DNA of 64,000 bases from Muribaculaceae bacterium (GTDB lineage Bacteria; Bacteroidota; Bacteroidia; Bacteroidales; Muribaculaceae), in NCBI GenBank assembly GCA_017626045.1, contig JAGAJP010000054.1:9281-73280 (forward strand). Reading direction: 5' to 3'. The notes beneath the pieces were generated by a model that searched no databases, was not told the DNA's origin, and saw only the letters and a list, made by a program, of their open reading frames with translations. Shown here in pieces: positions 9,833-17,972 of this stretch. Made by a program: the position numbers and the translations under genes. How positions within the stretch are numbered: the first letter of the stretch is position 1; each line of letters opens with the position of its first letter.

Positions 9833-10996
9833 ATGAGAAAAATTATCGTTGCTTTTGATTCGATGAAAGGTTGCCTTTCATCTCGTGATGCTTCTGCTGC
9901 ATTTGCGCAAGGAGTCAGAAATGTTGATTCCGAAGCGCAGGTTCTCGTAGTTCCCGTCGCCGACGGCGGGGAAGGCACGGCGCGTGTACTTGCCGAGGCT
10001 GCGGGGCTCACGGCTCCGCTATATAGCAGTGTTTGCGGACCGATGGGCGATGAGGTTTATGCCGAATGGTGGTTTGATGATAACTCCCGGACGGCTTACA
10101 TCGACATGGCTCAGGCTTCCGGGCTTACTCTCGTAGATAAGTCCGGGCGTAATCCGCTGTGCGCTACCAGTCATGGCTTCGGCGAACTGATTGCCAAGGC
10201 TCTTGACAGAGGCGCGTCTTCGATAGTTGTCGGTCTTGGAGGCTCGGCTACGGTGGATGGAGGCTCCGGCGCCTGCCAGGCTCTCGGTGTCCGTTTCTTT
10301 GATAAAGGAAACACACTCATACGTTCCTATATGGACGGTTCGCGACTTTCCTCTGTCACGGACATTGACGTTTCCCGACTTGATTCAAGACTGAGGGATG
10401 TGTGCCTGACACTCGTCTGCGATGTGGTGAATAGGTTGACCGGTGTCGGCGGAGCCGCCGAAGTGTTCGCTCCCCAGAAAGGAGCTTCGGCTGATGACGT
10501 CACGCTTCTTGATAATGGGTTGGAAAACTTCAGAAATTTGATTTTTCGAAAGTTCGGGGTCGACTTGAACTGTATTCCGGGCAGTGGCGCGGCGGGAGGT
10601 TGTGCCGGCGGTCTGATGGCGCTTGCAGGTGGCGTGATTCGCGAAGGAGCCCCATTAGTGCTCGATGCGCTGCACTTCGGTTCTTTGCTGGAAGGTGCGT
10701 CGGCGGTCGTTACCGGAGAAGGCGCCTCGGATTCCCAGACCCTTATGGGAAAACTTCCTTGCGCCATACTCCGTTTCGGATTGAAGGCACATGTTCCGGT
10801 GGCTCTCGTGGCTGGAGTCATCAAAGACAGGGAGAGACTTGAAAAAGCCGGATTCTCTCCTGTCATACACATTAACTCTCCCGAGATAATCGCCGCTTCC
10901 CATACAAGTGGCGGCATCGACACCGACGCCGCCATCGCAGCGCGAAGGCTGCAGGCTGCCGGCAAGGAATTTGCCAGATACGTCAAATTTCATTAA
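9833..10996 (+). CDS. glxK: Glycerate kinase
   Basis: MRKIIVAFDSMKGCLS..VPVADGGEGT..GLGGSATVDGG.. are typical of the glycerate kinase family. I chose the ATG at 9833 rather than the ORF-track start at 9776. Confidence 0.88.
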   Translation: MRKIIVAFDSMKGCLSSRDASAAFAQGVRNVDSEAQVLVVPVADGGEGTARVLAEAAGLTAPLYSSVCGPMGDEVYAEWWFDDNSRTAYIDMAQASGLTLVDKSGRNPLCATSHGFGELIAKALDRGASSIVVGLGGSATVDGGSGACQALGVRFFDKGNTLIRSYMDGSRLSSVTDIDVSRLDSRLRDVCLTLVCDVVNRLTGVGGAAEVFAPQKGASADDVTLLDNGLENFRNLIFRKFGVDLNCIPGSGAAGGCAGGLMALAGGVIREGAPLVLDALHFGSLLEGASAVVTGEGASDSQTLMGKLPCAILRFGLKAHVPVALVAGVIKDRERLEKAGFSPVIHINSPEIIAASHTSGGIDTDAAIAARRLQAAGKEFARYVKFH

Positions 10997-11024
10997 TTTT
11001 GCATTCCCAAGCCCCAAGACAAAA

Positions 11025-11963
11025 ATGACCAACAGAAAAGAAGGATACACCAAGGATTCCCCAATGAAACACTTGATCAGCGACAATGATTTCCTGCTTC
11101 ACGTCATCAGTCGCTTCGATATTGCTTTCGGTTTCGGCGACAAGAATGTGGCGCAGGTTTGCGCTGAAAACAATGTACATGTCCCTACATTCCTTGCCGT
11201 ATGCAATCTGATCAGCGGATACCCTTTCGCGGAAGCTGACACGTCCCTCCACGATCTCATCGGCTATCTCAGACGTGCTCATCAGTCGATTCTTGACATT
11301 ACACTTCCCCACATAAGACATCACCTTGTGGAGGGTATCGGATACTCCGACGCAGACAATAAGCTTGCCATTCTCCTCATGCGATTCTTTGATGAGTATG
11401 TAGGCGAGGTTAGAATGCACATGCAGCATGAAGACGAAGAGGTATTCAGATATGCCGAGCGTCTTATCGAGGGCGAGGCAAACTCCAGGTTCTCGATCTC
11501 CGGATACTCGGCAGACCATATCCCCATGTCTGAAAAACTCCGTGAGCTCAAAGATCTTTTCATCTATCATTATTCGCAACACAATAATTATCGTCTCAGT
11601 GCAGTCCTTTTCGACATAATCCTATGCGAAAAAGATTTGGAGTCTCATTTTAAAGTTGAAAACGATCTCTTCATCCCGGCGGCGGCACGCCTTGAGCAGA
11701 GACATGGAGTAGCACGTTGCGCCGTTGACAGTGATGGTAAGAGAGGTGTAGATTCACTTAGCGAAAGAGAGAAAGAGGTAATCTGCTTAATCGCCAAAGG
11801 TTTGCCAAACAAAATCATCGCCGACCGCCTGTGCCTGTCCGCTCACACCGTTTCGACCCACAGAAGAAACATCTGCGCAAAGCTCGACATCCATTCCGCC
11901 TCCGCCCTGACTCTTTACGCCGTCGTACATAAACTGATAGACGTCTCGGAACTAAATGTTTAG
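11025..11963 (+). CDS. LuxR-family transcriptional regulator with an N-terminal RIC/hemerythrin-like (HHE) domain
   Basis: The C-terminal LSEREKEVICLIAKGLPNKIIADRLCLSAHTVSTHRRNI is a LuxR/GerE HTH. Upstream His/Glu patterns (AHQSIL..LPHIRHH, HMQHEDEEVF, HFKVENDLF) resemble a hemerythrin HHE domain. The start could be 11025 or 11064. Confidence 0.7.
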   Translation: MTNRKEGYTKDSPMKHLISDNDFLLHVISRFDIAFGFGDKNVAQVCAENNVHVPTFLAVCNLISGYPFAEADTSLHDLIGYLRRAHQSILDITLPHIRHHLVEGIGYSDADNKLAILLMRFFDEYVGEVRMHMQHEDEEVFRYAERLIEGEANSRFSISGYSADHIPMSEKLRELKDLFIYHYSQHNNYRLSAVLFDIILCEKDLESHFKVENDLFIPAAARLEQRHGVARCAVDSDGKRGVDSLSEREKEVICLIAKGLPNKIIADRLCLSAHTVSTHRRNICAKLDIHSASALTLYAVVHKLIDVSELNV

Positions 11964-11971
11964 ACCCTCGC

Positions 11972-11988
11972 TCTTAGATGGACTCTTA
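11972..11988. repeat. 17-nt exact repeat TCTTAGATGGACTCTTA, copy 2
   Basis: Identical to 2010-2026. It lies 9 nt after the stop codon of the LuxR-type regulator gene. Confidence 0.5.
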
Positions 11989-12064
11989 TTGTTTTAGTGC
12001 AATGCATGTTCGGATGTATTGAAAAATTTTTACTATAGATAGCTGATAATTTATTTATTTTTTA

Positions 12065-12072
12065 TAATTTTG
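12065..12072 (+). promoter_or_regulatory. Perfect Bacteroides -7 box TAATTTTG with no ORF behind it
   Basis: Exact TAnnTTTG match. The downstream ~250 nt is noncoding and highly structured. Confidence 0.4.
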
Positions 12073-12076
12073 CATC

Positions 12077-12329
12077 GCAGTGCGGTTGTGTCGCATTGCA
12101 ATACATACTTATAAAGCGTTTCATGCTTGATCCTTTAACGGAAATCGCCAAATTTCAATCTCAGAAGGATAGGGCAGTCAATAAAACGCTCATGCTTGTC
12201 GTATGTCCACTCCCCGGCAAGGGGATATCGATATTCGATTATGGCGTGGGAGTGGACTGTTTATTTCTGAGATAGGCGTTTGGCGATGCCTCCGTTAAGA
12301 TAAGCAGAACATCGTCCACGCTTTTTATT
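12077..12329 (+). ncRNA. Candidate structured ncRNA (long rod-like fold, 6S-like or novel)
   Basis: Six nested helices, about 51 bp in total, found by hand: 12113-19/12318-24; 12124-32/12299-306; 12135-42/12291-98; 12144-52/12279-87; 12158-66/12265-73; 12205-14/12248-57. There is also a 5' hairpin, 12077-84/12092-99. A -7 box lies upstream and TTTTT at 12322-26. G-U pairs are only compatible with the plus strand. Confidence 0.35.
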
Positions 12330-12331
12330 CA

Positions 12332-12339
12332 TAATTTTG
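12332..12339 (+). promoter_or_regulatory. Bacteroides -7 box TAATTTTG upstream of the acyltransferase gene
   Basis: Exact TAnnTTTG match, 55 nt upstream of the ATG at 12394. Confidence 0.4.
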
Positions 12340-12393
12340 TGTTTGCACGTATTGATTTGCTTGGGACGGTGCAGGTCGTTTTTTGATGTCGAT

Positions 12394-13578
12394 ATGTCGC
12401 TAATTCGTAGAGATTTGCATAACCAAGCATTGAATTTGCTCCTCTTCCCGCTTGCATGCATGGTGGTTTTCATTCACGTCTTCTCCGGCTCAAGCCTTAC
12501 AGCGCAGTGCAATGATTCTGATTTCCCGTTCGTGAGATTTATGATTTTGTTTGCAAGATCTTTCTTCTCAGGTCAGTGTGTGCCAATTTACTTCTTTATC
12601 GCCGGCTTTGTATTCTTTCAAGGAATGAATCTTAGTATGCATTCCTACGATAGAAAAATGAACGATAGGTTCAAGTCGCTTTTTATTCCATATCTCGCAT
12701 GGAATACACTTGGGATGCTCTTGATTCTCATATCCAATATTTCTATCTTTTCCGGTCCATATGTATTATCGGGAGTGATTCCGGATATACATATTTCAAA
12801 TATTATCAACATGTATTGGAATGGTGTTGAGGGAATAGCTTATCATATTGGCGATTCGGTGTCTTGTTCAGTTTCGCAAAATATGAATACTTATCCCGTC
12901 GATTCTCCCTTGTGGTTCGTACGTGACCTCATGATAGTGTCTGTCTCAGCTCCAGTTCTGAATATTCTGCTCAAAAGGTTTGGAATATGGTTTTCTGTTG
13001 TTGCCGGTATTTTGTGGTTATCACTTCCTCAGGCCGGTCTCGGCCATGCTTATCAATTGATAACGGCTTATTTTTTCTTTTCATCAGGAGCCTATATGAG
13101 TTTTGACAATCGATGCTTGTTGGCTGATCTAAAATGGATTCGCGTCTTCAGTTTTGTCTTATATCCGGTCATTGCGTCTGGCTTGCTTATATATAGTTAC
13201 ACTGATTATTGTGATGCCAAGATGATTATCGAATGTGGCTATGGCTTTGGACCGGCTTGCTATTTCAAGCAATTGGCAGTGTTGGCAGGGCTCCCGTTTG
13301 CCTACAATATTGCGGTAATGATTGTTGACCGATGGAAAATCAAGGCGTTGTCAACTCTTGCTGCTGCTTCTTTTTTCATATATGCCGGGCACATGCTGTT
13401 TGTCAGTCTGGTCGAAACGCTTCTGTCCATGATTATCAAGCCGGTGACTGACCTTGAAATAATAGTCATCCTGACTCTTTCTGTATTGCTTTTGATATTC
13501 TGCCTTCTTGATATATTCATCGTTATGCGCAAGTATATCCCCAAGTTGCTTTCTCTGTTCACCGGAGGCTGCTTCTGA
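12394..13578 (+). CDS. Membrane acyltransferase family 3 protein (likely glycan O-acyltransferase)
   Basis: About 394 aa with roughly 10 predicted TM segments. The N-terminus ..NLLLFPLACMVVFIHVF.. and the general layout resemble acyltransferase_3. The region is visibly AT-richer than its neighbours. Confidence 0.75.
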   Translation: MSLIRRDLHNQALNLLLFPLACMVVFIHVFSGSSLTAQCNDSDFPFVRFMILFARSFFSGQCVPIYFFIAGFVFFQGMNLSMHSYDRKMNDRFKSLFIPYLAWNTLGMLLILISNISIFSGPYVLSGVIPDIHISNIINMYWNGVEGIAYHIGDSVSCSVSQNMNTYPVDSPLWFVRDLMIVSVSAPVLNILLKRFGIWFSVVAGILWLSLPQAGLGHAYQLITAYFFFSSGAYMSFDNRCLLADLKWIRVFSFVLYPVIASGLLIYSYTDYCDAKMIIECGYGFGPACYFKQLAVLAGLPFAYNIAVMIVDRWKIKALSTLAAASFFIYAGHMLFVSLVETLLSMIIKPVTDLEIIVILTLSVLLLIFCLLDIFIVMRKYIPKLLSLFTGGCF

Positions 13579-13673
13579 CTTTGTGCGAGGAGTATTAATT
13601 CATTATGTGCGAAGAGAACAATTATGAGTCCTAATGTGTTTATACTTTAACATTTAATTTAAATTACTTCGTT

Positions 13674-14117
13674 ATGTTGAAAAAAAGTTTTGTTGCCCTT
13701 GTGGCTATATTGGGCATTATCGCCACTGCTTGTGCCGGTGACGTTTACTCTCATGATGACTCAGCCCTGCCCAAGGCTGCGAAAACCACTATTGCCAACA
13801 ATTGCAAGTCTAAGGTAAGCCTTGTGAAAATCGAAAAGGATTTCGGCTCCATTTCCGAATATGAAGTAGTCCTTCAGGACGGTACCGAGATTTCTTTCGA
13901 TAGCAAGGGCAACTGGAAGAAGGTGGAAGTCAATGATACTAAGGCAGTGCCTGCGGTCTTCATCCCAAACAAAATTGCCGATTTCGTCAAAAACGCCCAG
14001 AACGGACAGAGAATAGTGGGTATTGAGAAAGACCGTAAAGGTTATGACGTGGAACTCGCCAACGGAGTCGACATGAAATTCAATACCGCCGGCGATTTCC
14101 TGAGATACGACGATTAA
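13674..14117 (+). CDS. PepSY-like (putative beta-lactamase-inhibitor-like) periplasmic protein
   Basis: Signal peptide, followed by two repeats of the pattern ..YEVVLQDGTEISFDSKGNWKKVE.. and ..GYDVELANGVDMKFNTAGDF.. Confidence 0.7.
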   Translation: MLKKSFVALVAILGIIATACAGDVYSHDDSALPKAAKTTIANNCKSKVSLVKIEKDFGSISEYEVVLQDGTEISFDSKGNWKKVEVNDTKAVPAVFIPNKIADFVKNAQNGQRIVGIEKDRKGYDVELANGVDMKFNTAGDFLRYDD

Positions 14118-14142
14118 GTAAGTTTCTTATCCTTCCCGATAA

Positions 14143-14185
14143 AAGGGGCTGCATTTCAATCAAATGAATGCCGCCCCTTAATTTA
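14143..14185 (+). terminator. Putative intrinsic terminator after the PepSY-like gene
   Basis: A 13-bp stem with one mismatch, AAGGGGCTGCATT (14143-55) with AATGCCGCCCCTT (14167-79), followed by AATTTA. The U-tract is weak. Confidence 0.45.
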
Positions 14186-14245
14186 TCGAATACCATGAAA
14201 GGCCCATTTCGTTATCTTTCATTTGCGCGGTAACCAATAAGTTTG

Positions 14246-14253
14246 TAATTTTG
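14246..14253 (+). promoter_or_regulatory. Bacteroides -7 box TAATTTTG upstream of the DUF486 gene
   Basis: Exact TAnnTTTG match, 17 nt upstream of the ATG at 14270. Confidence 0.4.
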
Positions 14254-14269
14254 CAAAAAAATTTTGAAC

Positions 14270-14650
14270 ATGAAATCTGCTTTGCTTACTGTCATATTGC
14301 TTGTGGTGTCAAATACTTTCATGACTATGGCTTGGTATGGACACCTGAAGATGCAGTCTCTCGGTTGGATCAAGAACTGGCCTCTTTTCGCCGTGATTCT
14401 TCTTTCCTGGGGCATCGCCTTGCTCGAATACTGCTTTATGGTTCCCGCCAACAGGATTGGATATACTGAAAACGGCGGCCCCTTTTCCATGATGCAGCTG
14501 AAGGTGATTCAGGAAGTCATCACCCTCACGGTTTTTACAGTAATCTCCGTTTTCTTCCTTTCGGGAGAACGACTTCACTGGAATCACGTGGCCGCCTTCC
14601 TATGCCTTGTCGCCGCTGTCTTTTTTGTTTTCCTCCCCGGGCAGAAGTGA
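14270..14650 (+). CDS. DMT-superfamily small membrane protein (DUF486)
   Basis: MKSALLTVILLVVSNTFMTMAWYGHLK is the hallmark DUF486 N-terminus. About 126 aa with 4 TM segments. Confidence 0.85.
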   Translation: MKSALLTVILLVVSNTFMTMAWYGHLKMQSLGWIKNWPLFAVILLSWGIALLEYCFMVPANRIGYTENGGPFSMMQLKVIQEVITLTVFTVISVFFLSGERLHWNHVAAFLCLVAAVFFVFLPGQK

Positions 14651-16219
14651 CTCGCCGGCTGCAGAGCTGTCGCTCACAGGAGCCGGATCTTTGAATAGTC
14701 CCGATAGATACTTCTCTTTCAGAGTCTGCATCAGTTCCCAGAAGTTGGGCACGAAGAGTGTGCCGATAAAGGCGTTCATCGCCATGCCGAACACTACCGC
14801 TGTGCCGAGTTCTATCCGGCTGTTGGCGCCTGCTCCGGTGGCAAACATCATCGGCATGACGCCGAATACGAATGCCAAAGCCGTCATCATGATAGGGCGG
14901 AACCTTACGACTCCGGCATCATGCGCCGACTGACGAATGCTGTTGCCGTTCTTGCGGAAGTTTATGGCATATTCCACTATCAGAATCGCATTCTTAGCCG
15001 ACATTCCTATCAATAGGATAAGACCTATCTGTGTGTAGATGCTTATCGGTTGACTCATGAATATACACCCCGCTATTGTTCCGAGTATAGCAATTGGAGT
15101 GGCGAGTATTACGGCAAGCGGATCTGTCCAACTTTCATACTGGGCCGCAAGTACAAGTATTGTCATTATGATGGCAAACAGAAATACAAACGATATGGTG
15201 GTGCCCGACTGGGTCTCCTGATATGCCATTCCGGTCCATGCGTATGAATAATTCTTGCCTAAGGTGCTTCCCATCAGCTCTTCCATCGCTTTGATGCCTT
15301 CCGACGACGATACTCCTTTCGCCGGGGTTACCGTTACAGATGCTGACTGATACATATTATACCGGTTTACAGAGGATTCTCCCATCACCGGTTTCAGTGA
15401 CGTAAACGACGAGAACGGAACCATCTTGCCCTCCGAGTTTCTAACCGAGAGCCGAATCACGTCTTCTATGTTGCCCCTGACCGTCATGTCTCCCTGTAGA
15501 CGCACCTGAAACACCCGGTTGAAATCTACAAAGTCATTTACATAGTTTCCTCCCATATAGCCACTCAGAGTATTGAAGATGTCGGCAAGCTGTAGCCCTT
15601 GCGACATGGCTTTCTCCCGGTCTATGTCAAGTTGATACTGCGGCACAAGCCCCTGATACTTGGTGGTGAGAGACTCCAGTCTCGGATCTTCTGCCACCGC
15701 CCTCCGAAGAGCGTCTATCGCTTTTAGCATCTCTGCAGGTCCCAGAGAGTTGATGTCGAGTATGTTCATCTCAAGGCCCGACGACATGCCGAGTCCCGGA
15801 ATGGCGGGCGGGTTCACCGAGAATATCATCGCGCTCTGGAATTTCTGCGATAGGGCATTCACCTTCTCGATTACTTTGTCTACCGTTCCCTTGCGCCCCC
15901 GATCCTTCCATGGCTTTAGCATCACCATGACGGTGCCTCCGTTTGACGAAGCCCCTCCTCCCATCAGCGAGAATCCCGAAATTGTCATTACGTTTTTAAC
16001 TTCCGGAAGTTCTTCTATCTCTCCGGCAAGTTGTCTCACTACCTTTTCGGTCCGTTCAAGCGACGCTCCCGTTGGCAACTGCACTGAGGTCACGAAATAT
16101 CCCATGTCTTCCGACGGTATATAACTCGTCGGCCATTTGACGAATCCCCAGAAGGCAAGCCCCGCCAATATCATGAATATCAGCAGCGAAATCCTTGCGC
16201 GTGTCAGCATCGTGCCCAC
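14600..16219 (-). pseudogene. RND (AcrB-type) efflux pump, C-terminal half only
   Basis: The ORF begins at the linker before TM7 (..PTSYIPSEDMGYFVTSVQLPTGASLERT..) and runs through the second periplasmic loop and TM8-12. The first ~520 codons of a normal ~1050-aa pump are absent. The frame is open only from about 16237. Confidence 0.8.
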
Positions 16220-16626
16220 TATGCGGCTATATAGGTGTCATATCCTACAGAGTTGACCACTGTACTGCCGCTTGCTCCGGATGACTGACCCTTTGTCCAT
16301 CCGGCTGTGAGATTGAGGGTTGGATAGTATCCGGATTTGGTAATCTGCATTGCCCTTTTCGCCATCTCTATCCTTGAGAGAGCTGCCCCGAGATTGTAGT
16401 TCTCTCGTTCGGCAATCCTGATCAGAGAGTCAAGATCAGTGTCGTCGAATGTATGCCACCAGACATCTTCTGTAGGAAGTTTCTGCGTGTGGGGGGAGAC
16501 GTATGTCCATCTTTCGGGCATCGGTTCGTAGAGCCGGTCATCGGATTCCTTGGAATAGCACGGTGTCAGATGCCAAACCGTGATGAGTATGCCTGTTATT
16601 ATTTTGATTGATGGGTGTGTTTTCAT
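16219..16626 (-). pseudogene. Outer-membrane efflux lipoprotein (NodT/TolC family), N-terminal ~135 aa fragment
   Basis: Lipoprotein-like signal MKTHPSIKIITGILITVWHLTPC, then WWHTFDDTDLDSLIRIAERENYNLGAALSRIEMAK, which is typical of the start of NodT-type OMFs. It stops at the TAG at 16219-16221, although family members are about 450 aa. Confidence 0.75.
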
Positions 16627-16825
16627 AGTGGATTGACTGTTATGGTATGTTGCGAGGCCAATCATCCCTCAAAATGAAAACGATTTATCGCTTTAATGGT
16701 TCAGTTGGGGCGTAGACCCATTATTTTTATCTTTTGCTTTGACAAAATGTTTGAGCGGAGTCCGAAATCTTTCTCTTCTCATGAAATTTTTATGGACAAA
16801 TGTTGGAATGTACTATTTTTTTTGT

Positions 16826-16833
16826 TATCTTTG
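16826..16833 (+). promoter_or_regulatory. Bacteroides -7 box TATCTTTG upstream of ansA
   Basis: TAnnTTTG match, 23 nt upstream of the ATG at 16856. Confidence 0.4.
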
Positions 16834-16855
16834 CGTCTCAAATATCGCAATCATT

Positions 16856-17893
16856 ATGGCACATCCGAAACCCAAAATATTGTTGATTTATACCGGAGGT
16901 ACTATCGGAATGATAGAGAATCCGCTTACAAGGGCACTTGAGCCTTTCGATTTCAATCACTTGCTCGATAATGTGCCTAAAATCAAAATGCTGGATTTTG
17001 AAATTGACAATTTCCAGTTTGATGTCCCTATTGATTCCGCCGACATGAATCCATCTCATTGGGGGCAGATGGCAAAAGTTATCGAAGACAATTATTCCGG
17101 TTATGACGGATTCGTGATTCTTCACGGCACCGACACGATGGCATATACGGCTTCCGCCCTAAGTTTCATGCTCAACAACCTGACTAAACCGGTCATCATT
17201 ACCGGTTCTCAGCTCCCTATCGGTGAGGTGCGTACTGATGGTGAGGAAAACCTCATCACCGCTCTTCAGGTGGCTGCGGCTCGCGATTCCGATGGAGGTC
17301 AGATGGTGAGGGAAGTGGCTATACTGTTCCAGAATTCCTTGCTCAGGGGAAACAGAAGCACTAAGTTCTCTGCCGGAAATTTTGATGCGTTCAAGTCTAA
17401 CAACTATCCCGTTCTCGCCCATATCGGTCTCGATATCACTTACAATAAAGAAGCTCTTCTGCGTCCCAGCAGAGGAAAGGAGTTCAAGGCGGAGTATATG
17501 ATGGACACAAATGTGGTCTTCCTCGACCTCTTTCCCGGTATCCCCGAGAGTGTCGTAAGGTCTATTCTTCAGATTCCGGAACTGAAAGGTGTCGTATTGA
17601 AGTCTTTCGGTGTCGGAAACGGACCCAACAATCCCTGGATTTTCGACTGCATCCGCGATGCTGTCGCTTCCGGGCTGCTCATCGTGAATGTCTCGCAGTG
17701 CTCCAACGGTATGGTATCTCCCATGAAATATACTGCCGGTGTCGGTTTCGCCAATGCCGGCGTTATCTCCGGCCATGACCTCACTTCCGAGGCGGCGATC
17801 ACCAAGATGATGTATCTTTTCGGTATGGGTGCCACTCCCCAGCTCGCCGGCAAATACATGGAAAAGAACCTCCATGGCGAGCTAACGGAATAA
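16856..17893 (+). CDS. ansA: Type I L-asparaginase
   Basis: KILLIYTGGTIGM (catalytic Thr motif) and HGTDTM. About 345 aa from the ATG at 16856; the ORF-track start at 16739 looks like a spurious extension. Confidence 0.9.
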   Translation: MAHPKPKILLIYTGGTIGMIENPLTRALEPFDFNHLLDNVPKIKMLDFEIDNFQFDVPIDSADMNPSHWGQMAKVIEDNYSGYDGFVILHGTDTMAYTASALSFMLNNLTKPVIITGSQLPIGEVRTDGEENLITALQVAAARDSDGGQMVREVAILFQNSLLRGNRSTKFSAGNFDAFKSNNYPVLAHIGLDITYNKEALLRPSRGKEFKAEYMMDTNVVFLDLFPGIPESVVRSILQIPELKGVVLKSFGVGNGPNNPWIFDCIRDAVASGLLIVNVSQCSNGMVSPMKYTAGVGFANAGVISGHDLTSEAAITKMMYLFGMGATPQLAGKYMEKNLHGELTE

Positions 17894-17910
17894 TCCCTTC
17901 TCCCCCCCCA

Positions 17911-17955
17911 AAAAAATAAGGCTTACGATGCCGAGCATCGTAAGCCTTATTTTTT
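17911..17955. terminator. Bidirectional intrinsic terminator between ansA and the S9 peptidase gene
   Basis: A 15-bp perfect stem, TAAGGCTTACGATGC (17917-31) with GCATCGTAAGCCTTA (17935-49), around the loop CGA. It is flanked by an A-run upstream and TTTTTT downstream. Confidence 0.75.
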
Positions 17956-17972
17956 CAATTTTCAATTCTAAA

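Noticed and set aside
12135-12298. An invertible promoter (phase-variation switch) flanked by the inverted repeats TTAACGGAAATCGCCAAA and TTTGGCGATGCCTCCGTTAA, upstream of the acyltransferase gene.
   Set aside because: I find no TAnnTTTG box in either orientation between the repeats, and no recombinase gene nearby. The complementarity is not confined to the ends but continues as nested helices through the whole segment, which fits an RNA rod better.
12261-12473. A 70-aa minus-strand ORF spanning the ncRNA candidate and the acyltransferase start.
   Set aside because: It overlaps the acyltransferase 5' end in antisense, is Lys/Arg-rich with no motif, and has no promoter box. It is most likely spurious.
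14600-14650. The 51-bp convergent overlap of the DUF486 gene and the RND fragment, considered as evidence of an antisense regulatory arrangement.
   Set aside because: It is more simply explained by a drifted, extended 3' end of a pseudogenised pump ORF. There is no independent support for regulation.
16219-16240. A programmed frameshift or translational coupling that would fuse the OMF stub to the RND half.
   Set aside because: The two parts belong to proteins of different cellular compartments and are never fused. More than 300 aa of the OMF and more than 500 aa of the pump are simply missing, and no slippery sequence is evident.
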